Of a DNA stretch of 64,000 nucleotides, positions 13,841-24,900 are shown in pieces. Position numbers and translations under genes: made by a program. Position 1 is the first letter of the stretch, and each line of letters begins with the position of its first letter. Location of the stretch: contig NC_057755.1 of the NCBI RefSeq assembly GCF_004010195.1, positions 6,121,474 through 6,185,473 on the forward strand. The letters are read 5' to 3'. Source of the stretch: Chiloscyllium plagiosum. Its lineage: Eukaryota. Below the pieces are notes generated by a model, which made no database searches, was not told the origin of the DNA, and saw only the letters and a list, made by a program, of their open reading frames with translations.

Positions 13841-14086
13841 CTGTGAGAAACAAAGGAAGAAACGCTGGAATTATTGACCAAACATCTTCGTGGTCAGTAA
13901 GGCATGATGGGACGCGTCTATATGAACGTGAATGCAATCACCGTGTTTCAATCATTATGGAATATAAAAAGTTCACACTGAAACAAAAATAATTTCAGAA
14001 TCAATAGGTAGTCAGACAGTAGGGTTCGTTTGAATCGTCGAATCCTTCCTTGAAAGAGTGGCTAACTGACAGCGGGAATATACCAG

Positions 14087-14092
14087 TTTATA
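14087..14092 (-). promoter_or_regulatory. Intronic TATA-like element conserved among array copies
   Basis: TATAAA on the minus strand next to tgagtc; equivalents at 26117-26122 and ~48690. Confidence 0.3.
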
Positions 14093-14789
14093 ACTGAGTC
14101 CTGCTTTGATTTTCTAAGGTACAGACACTTTTGTGCTGTAAGTTCCTGTTAGAATTGTTTCCCTCGTCAAACTGAACTCCATGTAAAATTCTAACTGAAT
14201 AAAGGTTTCTGACAAAGACCAGAAACTGAATATCTCTCTTTCCAGCATGAGGCTCCTTTCTGAATTAAAATGTCTCAATTCCTCTGCTTTCAGTTACTTT
14301 GCGGAAAAAATGCAACAGACTTATGAATTTGGGAAGGAAAATACTCTGTAGTCCATGTGCCACCCCTCATATCTACACAAAACTGCAGAGCTATTGACTT
14401 CATCTCAGATGAAATTCTGCTTCTACTTGCAAACTGCCTTCAGTTCAAATGCCATTATTACCATTCCTCGTTATTCCAGGACTCCGACACCAGACATGAA
14501 TAAAACCTAAAAATCCACAAAAAAACTCGCTGATGGCGTGGAAAAACTAATAATTTAAACAACATTTAAACTACATATTCAAACTTACTTCACACCAGCA
14601 TCATGGTTCTGAGAAGCACATTAACTCACTCTCGCTCTCGGTCTCTCTCTCTGTCTGAATCTTCAATGTGCAGCGGACTTGACGACAGCTCATTCCCCCA
14701 AAGAAGTGTCAATCTCACCAGTATTCTGAACTGAACTCTAATTGGAGAGTTGTTTGAAGACATGTCAATGCTGTACTCCCTACGTAATT

Positions 14790-15170
14790 CTCATTGCCCA
14801 TTGGAGAATATCTACAATTCCCACATTGATGGGGACTCTGGAGAGCTGGAAAGATAAAACCTGCTGTCCTAACATTGGAGGAGAACCACCAATCTACTTT
14901 TTGATAAATGTTTATCCATTTACCACCCTGTAAGACAAAGGGAAATGAAATCGCCACATCAAATGAATTCACCGCAGGAAATGACATTATCCACCCAAGT
15001 TAACCTGAGAACAGAAATAGAAAGCGAGTCACTAACACCAGTGCTTCCCCAGAATGCTCACTGCTAAAGTTGCTTCATCTGCTGACAAAACTCTGAGAAC
15101 GATCCTTCCAGCCCAGTGAGCAAATTTACATCCAGAACCTCAACCTGAGCTGTAAATCTTCTCAAAACAA
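14790..15170 (+). mobile_element. Penelope-like element 3' fragment
   Basis: Ends in ccttccagcccagtgagcaaatttacatccagaacctcaacctgagctgtaaatcttctcaaaac, the same terminus as the element at 60598-61763; absent from the paralogous positions in the other array copies. Confidence 0.7.
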
Positions 15171-16004
15171 CCTCAATGTTTAGCCATCGAAAGTCCTGCT
15201 GATGATCGCCTGTCCTTATTGCTCGTAAAACTTTCTGTATCATGGAGAAACATTGCCATTGAGAAACTGGATCATTCATGGTCTTATTGAATTTACTGTA
15301 ATTCCAAGGGCCAGGCTGTTACCTCATGTTAGTGTATTTTCCGTTCAACCATTTACCAATAGTGAAAAGGTAAAACACCCGTAATGCTACATTGATCCTA
15401 CAAATGATAATTACTCTGCTGTGCATACAGTAAGCAATGTGATATTATTTGTTATGTCGTCATTTGCTACCATGTTATCATATGGTCGTAAGACCAAGAC
15501 TCCCGTTAGATTTTAGATATCGTCTACATTCCCAAATAGTTGCTAGTCATTCAACATACTATTGTTTTCTGATGTCTCCCATACATAATTTTCAAATTAA
15601 GTTCACTTTGAAAACTCTTCCACAAGACATTGCTGCAGACGAGGCGACTTAATGAACGTTTATGCAGATGCAACATGGCATACCAACTTTATACTCAATA
15701 CCCGACCGATGCAGGCAGGCACGCTATGTTCTTTCTTTATGACCCCATGTCCTCGTGTTACTAATTTCAGGAGCAATTTCGCAAAAAAGAATGACATCTC
15801 AAACAAAAGTGATAAGGCATTCGGGAAGTTCCAAGGAAGTACACCCTTGAAATGCATGTTTCTTGATTTGTGGAACAAGCATAAAAACCCTCCTGATATT
15901 TCATAACGGCAAACATCCAATAAAGACAGTTGAGATGGTCCAGGTAATTGTAGCCCCGAGAGATTTACGACTGTTGTATGACAATTTTTGGAAGGGATTA
16001 AAGG

Positions 16005-17150
16005 AGATAATGGACTTCAGCAAAGCCTTTGATAAGGCTGTTGGAGAAAATGCAGAGGCATGGGATTGAGGGTGATTTCGCAGTTTGGATTCGAAATTGG
16101 CTTTCTGCAAGAAGGCAGTGAGTGCTGTTTAATGGACAATATTCAGCCTGGAATTCGTTTCCTGGTGGTGTACTGCAAGGGGCTGTTTTGGGAGCACTGC
16201 ATTTGTCATTTTTTATAAATGACTTGGAAGCAGGCCTCGGTGGATGGGTTAGTCAGTTTACCGATGACACTACAGTCAGTGGAGTAGTGGACAGTGTGGA
16301 AGAATGTTGCAAGTTGCAACGGGACTTGGATACACTGCAAAATTGGGCTGAAAGGTGGCAAATGGAGTTCAATGCAGATAAATGTGAGATTACTCACTTT
16401 GGGAAGAATAGTAGCGAGGTAGAATACTGTGTCTGGAGAAAGATTCTTGATGGTGTGGATGTGCAGAGGGATCTTGGAGTCCATGTACATAGATCCCTGA
16501 AAGTTGCTACCCAGGTTGATAGTATTCTTATGAATGCATATGGCGTGTTAGCTTTTATTGGTAGCGGGATTGTGTTAGAGAGTCGTAATGTCATGATGCA
16601 AATATGCAAATATTTTGTCCAGCCGCATTTTGAAAATTGCATGCAGTTCTGGTCGCCCCAATACAGGAAGGATGAGGAAGCATTGAAAATGTTGCAGAGG
16701 AGATTTACCAGGATGTTGTCTGATCTGGAGGGAAGGTCTTATGAGGAAAAGCTGAGAGACTTGAACCTGTTCTCATTGGCAAGAATAAGACTAAGAGGGG
16801 ATTTGATGGAGACATACAAGATGATCAGAGAATTAGATAGGGTCGACAGTGAAAGTCTTTTTCCGAGGTTGATGACCTCAGCTTGTACGAGGGGGCATAA
16901 ATACAAATTGACGAATGATAGATTTAAGACAGATGTCAGAGGCAGGTTCTTTACAGAAAGAGTGGTAAGGGTGAGGACTGCCTTACCTGCTAATGTAGTC
17001 AAATCAGCCACATTAGGGAGATTTAAACATTCCTTAGATGAGCACACGGATGATGATGGGATAGTGTAGGGGAACGAGATGAGAGTAGTTCACAGGTCGG
17101 TGCAACATCGAGGACCGAAGGGCCTGTTCTGCGCTGTATTGTTCTATGCA
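16005..17150 (+). mobile_element. CR1 LINE 3' part with a 315-codon open RT/C-terminal frame
   Basis: GVLQGAVLG, QFTDDT, LQRDLDTL..WAERWQMEFN, RLRGDLMETYK; 3' tail gttctatg. Confidence 0.93.
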
Positions 17151-17336
17151 ACAGAACATTTTCGATCTGATCTTTACTTGATGTTACAAATCTCAAGGAA
17201 CGAGATGAGAGTAGTTCACAGGTCGGTGCAACATCGAGGACCGAAGGGCCTGTTCTGCGCTGTATTGTTCTATGTTCTTTGTTCTATGCAATAGAACATT
17301 TTCGATCTGATCTTTACTTGATGTTACAAATCTCAA
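17071..17336. repeat. Tandem duplication (~126/140 bp) of the CR1 3' tail plus flank
   Basis: ggaacgagatgagagtagttcacagg...gatgttacaaatctcaa occurs at 17071-17196 and 17197-17336. Confidence 0.93.
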
Positions 17337-17429
17337 TCGCTCAACAACAAACATTGAAAAATGCAAATGGAGAAAATTCATAGAAGCCTTACAATGGGGA
17401 AACAGGTCAATCGGCCCATCAAGTCCACA

Positions 17430-17672
17430 TCAAGGCTGAGAGAATTGGGTCTGTTCTCACTTGAGATTGTTACGGATGTGGAATGCCCTGCCTGCCAATG
17501 TAGTTAACTTAGCCACATTAAGAAGATTTAAACAATGCTTGGATACGCACGTGGATGACAACGTGATTTTGTCGGGGAATGGGCTTAGAGTAATCCACAG
17601 ATCGGTGCAACATCGAGGACCGAAGCGTCTGATCTGCGCTGTTTTGTTCAATGTTCCATGTTATATGTTCTA
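17430..17672 (+). mobile_element. CR1 LINE 3' terminal fragment
   Basis: WNALPANVV..ATLRRFKQCLD and the same 3' UTR as the 16-17 kb copy. Confidence 0.85.
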
Positions 17673-17817
17673 AAATGGCAGTTAATCTCTGTGAACCTTG
17701 AGATCCTCCTGGAAAGCATTACTAGCAGTGCAACATAATTGCTTTGTCAAAAAACGTTTTAATGAGAATTAAATCACAAGACCAGTTTCCACCAATGCGA
17801 ACATTGGTAATGTTCTA

Positions 17818-18492
17818 TGTTATGATAAATGTCGAATATAACAATATTGGGTTGATGAAGTTTTGATACTGTTCATTTACCAAGGTTATGTTGTCTATTG
17901 TTTTTTTTTAGAAGAAGTTGTAAAAACACATGCTCGCAAAATGCTGTACTTGGATGTGTTTTAGGGCGAATTTTATTCTAGCTAACAGATACTGTCTTAG
18001 GCAAAACGCTTTGAAGATTTTGTTTTAAAAAACTTGTACATTAAAAGTGGAGTGACCGGTATTTACAGCTCAGCTTTTCCCTGAATTGCTTTGGTTTTGG
18101 TAGTCTAGCTATTCTCCTAAAGTAGTCAGGCAATTTTGAGACTGCTGATCCAAGAAACAGCAATGTGAAAGGTATGCCATGTTCTCACTCCAACATCTCT
18201 TACTCGAAGGTTCTGTGTTTGATTTTACTCTTTGTGACAAGGTGTATTTACGGGGTGTGTTGCAAGTATTTGGAACTGCATCACAAAGTTGGAACAATCT
18301 GTTGTGTTTTCGTATAGGTTAAATTATTCAGTATACTGTTCTCTTTTAATTGTGTTTCATTCAAAGAACTTGTAAATAAATTATGTTTTGTTTTAAAACT
18401 AAGTGGTTTGATCACTTGCATCTCTTCCGGAACAATCACATTACATTGTTTAGAACAAGTTGAAACGTTAGGATCTGGCCTGGTCCATAACA
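17818..18492 (+). mobile_element. Solo LTR
   Basis: TGTTATG...CATAACA inverted termini and an internal AATAAA; 3' end shared with the LTR at 35062-35660; absent in paralogous units. No clear TSD. Confidence 0.75.
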
Positions 18493-19732
18493 ATGGGATT
18501 CATGTTTTTGCCCTGAAATAATTAGATGTTACATTAATGGAAACATCTGTGTTTTCCCATTTAGATCTGTGACTCCGGCCTAAGGGTTCACGATGTTTGG
18601 AGAAGAACTTGACTGCAGCCTAAAATTAATCAGAGTGTATTTATTTTTCCTGGTGCGTTGACATTTCAAACAGTGTTTTGATTGTTTTATCACAGTCTTT
18701 CTTTTCCATTGAGATCTCTTTGGTGTTGGGCAAATATTTGCAGGTGGAGTTTAACTTAGCTAAATGTGAGGTTCTTGTATTTTGGTAAAGTGAATTAGCG
18801 CAGGCTTCAGTGGAACATTACTGAACAGAGAGCACAGGGTGCATTTTCGCAGTTCCTTCAAGGTAGTTACATGAAAAGCCAAGGTAGCGAAGAAGGCATT
18901 TGGTACACTTGTGCCTGCCAGGACAAACGGTAAGCAAGAGCAATTTCTGAGTAAGATTCTACATGATCACGGGGCAGAGGAAGACTGGAGATTTTCCCAT
19001 ACGTTTCAGAATTAGCTCAAGGAGGCATTTTTTGGGAAGCTTTGATCAGGCCACCACTGCGTGGAAAGCACACATGCGCAGTCCAACTCAAATCTTTGTC
19101 TATTATCTATGCATTGTCCATTGTCAACTACTAGTTCTTGACATCCCGTGTATGGAAATTAAGTGACAGGGCTATTAGTTTTATCGTGAAAACAATGAAG
19201 CTACATGAAAGATCCACAGTTTATTTTAAACAACTGCACAAGAAAATACAAGTAAAAAGAAACACGCAGCGGAATAGAATGAAAAAACTGACTAAAACTT
19301 AAGCTAGTTTATAACTGAAATATTTTAGTTAATTCCAGTGGGAAAACAAACCTTATTTCAATTGTACTTGGATATTTGCAACAATCCAACAGCACTGCAG
19401 ATAATTATTTGCAACAATAAAACTTACTTTGCATAAACCTACAGGAACAGAGGATTCAAACAGCCTTCCAAAGAATGCGTACATTAGCTGATAAGCATTT
19501 GCACACCGCACAGAGTTCAACAAACGGCAATACATCAATGCCAAAAAGCATTTTATCTGCAACTTGTGATTGAATATCACCTGAAGAGGTGGAATAATAT
19601 TACAGCGACAAATCAACTCATTTGATCAAAAACTACCTGCCTGGTGTAAGGTCTGTGCACTTGTGAATTAGCAAATAACTTTATCAGGAACAGTGGAACG
19701 TTTAGAAATTTTCGATTAGTATTCTCACTTAC

Positions 19733-19799
19733 CAAGCAGACCAACTACAACAAGGATCATGTAGTACACTTTCTTGAAATCGTACATTTGAAAAGCCAT
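19733..19799 (-). CDS. GPR139/GPR142-like GPCR copy 1, exon 1
   Basis: gaaATGG start, in-frame stop upstream, MAFQMYDFKKVYYMILVVVGLL then G|GTAAGT donor. 67 nt, phase 1, matching the exon 2 acceptor and completing TM1 (..VGLLGNFL..). Confidence 0.88.
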
Positions 19800-19880
19800 T
19801 TCTACATTTTGCGCATTGTTTTATGCTACCATTAATGCCTTTGCAATTAATTCTTTGGAGATAAAAGCCCAGGACCATTC

Positions 19881-19887
19881 ATTTATA
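19881..19887 (-). promoter_or_regulatory. Candidate TATA box of GPCR copy 1
   Basis: TATAAAT ~80 nt upstream of the ATG; mutated at the aligned position in all three pseudogene copies. Confidence 0.5.
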
Positions 19888-20109
19888 CCTTGTGGAAATT
19901 TCATGATGATATCGTGCTTACAACAATTTCGAAGCATTTGAAATCCCAGGATGCTGACTCTGATGCAATGTGACAGATTAATTTGCTTTGGCTTTGTGGT
20001 GAGGTAACTCACGTCAACATCATTATTTGCAAAGAAAACAAAATTAAAGAGATCATGTGTTAGTTTCCATTTCACCGAATTGACACACTGTACTGAGACA
20101 CAATTGCAT

Positions 20110-20680
20110 GAGACCGTGAGATTTAGGAGCAGAAATTAGGCTATTCAGCCCTTCGAGTCTGCTCTGTCTTTCAAGCAAGGTTGATAAACGTCTTATCCCA
20201 TCTCCGCATAACAATTGATCCTGTGGACAATAAAGAACCTATGCATTTCAATGTTATGGACAATCAATGACCTTGCCTCCACAGCCTTCTTTGGCATTGA
20301 ATTCCATAGATTCACCTCTCGCTACCTGAAGAAGATTTTCCCTATCTCTGTTTACAAACACCTTTCCTTGCCTCTAAGGCTATGCCCTTGGGTCCTACTC
20401 TCTCATATTCATTCAAATACCTTCCCAACATCCTCTCTGTTCAGGCCATTCAGCATTCTCTAAGTTTCATTTAGATATCATCTCATGTTTCTTAGCTCCA
20501 TCGAGTACAGGCCAGGAATTATCAATCACTCCAGAAATGTTAAACGTTAAATGTTAATTCTGAACGCATTCTATGGCCAGTATATCCTTTCCGAGATACA
20601 AGACCCAACACAGCAAACAAGACTCAAAATGTGTCAAAACCAAAAAGTTATAGAGTCTCAGAAGTGCATACTTTCTTTCA
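20110..20680 (-). mobile_element. CR1 LINE 3' fragment, degenerate
   Basis: Reverse complement of a CR1 ORF2 end and 3' UTR (gaattccatagattcacc, ggccattcagcattctctaagtttc). Confidence 0.75.
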
Positions 20681-20829
20681 TATTTACACAACTCTAGCAA
20701 AGTGAAAATGTACATTGAAATTCCACAATACTGCCCATTCCAGTATCACGGACGTTAATGCATATCTCACTGATTCTGCGAGGGTATTCGTTGACATTCA
20801 AATGATACATTGTAGTCATGCTTGTGCTC

Positions 20830-21940
20830 TCATAGAGTCAGAGAGTCTTTGAGACGTACAAAACAGAAACAGATCCTTTGGTCCAACTCTCCCTTGCCGA
20901 CCAAATATCCCAAGGCATTCGAGTCCCTCATGTCAGCAACCGACCAATATCCCTACAAAGCCGTCCAATTCATATACGTATCCAAATGCCTTTTAAATGT
21001 TTCAAGTGAACTAGCCTCCACCACTTCCTCTGGAAGCTCATTCCATGCACATACCACCCGCTGCGTGAAAACGTTGGACCTGAGATCTCTTTTATTTCTT
21101 TTCCCTCTCACTCAAAGCCGATGCTCTGTAGTTCTGGACTGCCCCACCACAGGACATGACTTTGCTTATTTATCATATTCATGCCCCTTATGATTTTATA
21201 AAACTCTACAATGTCACCTCTCAGCTTCCGACTCTCCAGGGAAAACAGTCGCAGCCTATTCAACCTTTCCGTATAGCTCAATTCCTCCAACCCTGGCAAC
21301 ATCCTTGCAAATCTTATCTGAACCCTTTCAAGGGTCACAGTTTGCTTCCGATAATTCGGGAGACCAGAATTGCCCGCAATCTTTCAAAATGTCCTATACA
21401 GACGCAAGATGACCTCCTAAATCCTGTACTCAATTCTTTGACCAATAAAGGAAAATGTACCAATCGCCTTCTTCACTGTCCTATCTACCTGTGACTACAC
21501 TTTCAAGGAGCTATGAAACTGCACTCTAAGGTCTCTTTGTTCAGCAATACTCCCGAGCACCTTACCATTCCAAGTCTGCATCCTGCTGAGATATGCTTTC
21601 CCAAAATGCAGCAGATCACATTTATCTGAATGAAAATCCATCTGCTAATTCTAAGCCCATTGGCCCATCTGATCAAGATCCCATTGTAATCTCAAGTCAC
21701 CTTCTTCGCTGTCCACGACGTCTTCAAGTTTGGTGTGATCTGCAGCTTACTAACAACAACACCTCTTAAGCTTGCAATCACGTCATTGATATAAATGACG
21801 AAACGTAGTGGAACAAGCACTAATCCTCTTGACACGTAATTGGTCACAGCTCTCCAATCTGAAAAAAACAACCCTCCATCGCCACCGTCTGTCTTCTACT
21901 TTTGAGCCAGTTCTGTATCCAAATAGCTAGTTCTCCCATA
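20830..21940 (-). mobile_element. CR1 LINE 3' part
   Basis: LERVQIRFARMLPGLEELSYTERLNRLRLFSLESRKLRGD. Confidence 0.9.
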
Positions 21941-24900
21941 GCAAGTTCTATCATAGAGACATTTTAATTTTCTCTGGAGTAATTTGAAAACAAATAATTC
22001 TGGGAAGCCAGTAACGTTAGCATCAATTAGCTAATAGAAAATATTTTAACCATCATCAGGGGTAAAACAACATTGAAGTTATGAAAGAAACTATTTGGAA
22101 AATAAGCATCCTATAAAGTTTGAACCTATGTTTGGAATCTAAAGAAAGATAGCAACAAGGTGAGAGGATTGATATAACATATTTTCAACAAGTTCAGCCG
22201 TTTAACATTTAACCGCTTATTATGCAATATGTGGCGATATTTCACGTGAACTGCATTGCACTCATTTTTATTATTACCTTCCTTAGGTTACCTTAGCCAA
22301 CCAGAAAATTTATCCTACGTTTGAACAAAAACTATAATAGTGTGGGGAATTTAATTAAACTGACAGACTGCCATTGAAAAGTTGTTTCTCATTGAGAAAA
22401 ACTCGACTGCACGTTTGACAAAACCTTAAATTAATTCACTGACCTACATTAACATTTGCTTTTGCATTATCCATCATCACCTGATAATTCTTGATGTTGA
22501 CTAGAAGCTGATTTTCCTTAAACTCACTTAAAAAGCTGTAATTACTTTAGCCCCCTGGTGTTTTCTGCTTCATAAAAATAAAATGAAAGATTCCGTCCAA
22601 TGAAACAGAGAAGCACACGAGAAACAAAGGCAATTTCACGAAAGTACCATTTCATCACTGTTAATGGATTGCACTCAGAACCATTATAAGCCGATGGATA
22701 TTCTGAAATGACAAGTCCAATGTGGTCAGGTCTTTTACTCCCAACAGTGAAACGGGCTTTGTAGATCCACGTGAAAATATATTCACAGGAATGTCTCCCC
22801 TCAGTAATTCTACGTCACTTGTTGTCCTTTACAGCACGACATCGCCTTGCACTCAAGATGGTAAATCAAAGTCAGAAAGTTTGTGACCATAAAACTATTG
22901 TTTAATGTCAACTAAAAGGAGGAACAAAAGTTCAGAGAGAAAAAAGATGAAACAAATGAACGTCTGAAGTTATGGCGATGTAACATTATCAGATACCTTT
23001 GTCAAAAAGAAGACCTGAAATGTTTATATTAACTTACAAAGATGACCAGTTACAGCAAAGCTCATGTAGTACAATGTCTGGTGTTCCACCATATGCGAAG
23101 TTCTTCCTGCATTAATAATGTGTCCCGTCTCTGTGCAAGTAATCCATCTGTTTTTCACATCTATGGCAATCAAATCCCTGAGCCCCTAACTGATACATTG
23201 ATGAGACTTATTTTGTAACATGGAAATTGCAACATTGTTCAACATTATGGTTTCCAAATCTATCTTTGAAGAAGCTGTAAGCAGAAGAGAAATGACTTTG
23301 ACGTTACTCCACTTCAGTTACTCGGCAGTTGGTACTCAGCCTCAATCGCATAGTTCTGCTCAAAATCAAAAGAACAAAAAGCACTTTGAAGCTCTACTCT
23401 CACAGCAACCACTCCAACGTCACAGACTCAACGATGCAACTCCGTTGTTCTCATGTCCTTCTCTGAGTGAGACTATTTATTTTCTAAATTGTGAGTTTGT
23501 ATGGTCTCTCGTTATCCCACTTTAGTTTTCTCTGAAGTAGGGCCGTTTTAATTTTCTTTGAATTAAATCTGCGACAGCGAACTGTGAATAATCGGTTCCA
23601 GTAATAGACACAGTTCGTTCACAGAATCGTGAAAATAGGTGCAAATTCGAATGAGGTCACTCAACCAATAGTGTTTTTTTTAATCGTACGGGATCCTCTC
23701 AGTAATGACAATAATAATCCAACATTCCGAGACCAGTCTTCGTGATACCACAATGATAACCGTTGAAGGAACTATACGTAATAATGAAGACAACAATACA
23801 ACTTCATTGACTGAAAAGAAAATGATTATTTTCTATATTTATATTCTGTACTAATTTTATTTATTTCAAAAAGATACATTATTAATAAAATTATGTTTGC
23901 ATACATACATAGTCACCAAAGAAAGTTCAGTTCGGAGCAATTGCAATTGAAGATTAGGGTAAACGTTGGAGTACCACTCGATATAGCAAAATAAATGAAA
24001 AGCTACTTGTAAAGATGCTATTTGCATTTATATGTTTACATACTATGTTAATTGCAGTTTTACATTAGTTTTACTGATGGTTCAATATTCTTAGAATTTC
24101 ATGTATTTTAGTTACGTAAAACTTTTTTTCTGAAAATGATATGAATTATAACAAGATATTGTATGTAATTTCTAAAGAAGTGATTTTAACATTCAATCCA
24201 AACACGCAAGTGTCTTAAACAGGATATGTCTTTACCTGATTTGCAATGATTTCCAAATGAATGATGGAAGGGTGGCCTCCTGACCAATCAGCGCTATGCA
24301 GAGCAGAGTGTCTATATGTCCGTCGGCGAAGTCATGATTTCTGGTGCAGTGCAGTTGCCTGAACATTCCTTCCCGACGTAAATACTGACTGATGCACCGA
24401 GATTCAGAATAGCGAGAAGATATTGCAATCAATCTGAAATAATGTTTTTCAACACAGTTGTTACAATGGAGATGGGTGATGTACAGGCAGAACTCGTGAT
24501 GGAAACGAAGGATCACACAAAGTGCTGGATGTGTGGATTGCTGTTGATAGATCGTTGTATTGGATGATGGCTACCTTGTATCACTTCAAACATAAGGTGG
24601 TAAAATTACTAAAAGACATTCTTTTGAATGAAACCAATGCAGAGGCCGGGAATAGTGTCACGACTGATGAAGCTAAAATTATTTATGATCAAATGACTCT
24701 TGAAAATTTTGGAAAGTTGTGATTCTTCTTTACTATTTATTAATGAAACATTTATTCGAAGAACATCTCAAACCGTGAAAATTGAAATTGTGCACAAGTG
24801 GTCATTGCAAATGTGTATCGCACTGATCAGTACGAGATGCCCTCAATTTACTTCCTGCCCAAGAATTTCTACTCTCAATGTTGTCACACCTTTAACAATA

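Noticed and set aside
13841..13937. N-terminal 32 aa of the 322 aa ORF as true coding sequence
   Set aside because: It starts at TTG right after a stop, has no ATG, and ends in a polypyrimidine tract plus AG; best read as intron.
16122..17069. 315 aa ORF as a host gene or active RT
   Set aside because: 5'-truncated CR1 ORF2 piece with a non-ATG start and a degenerate FTDD motif.
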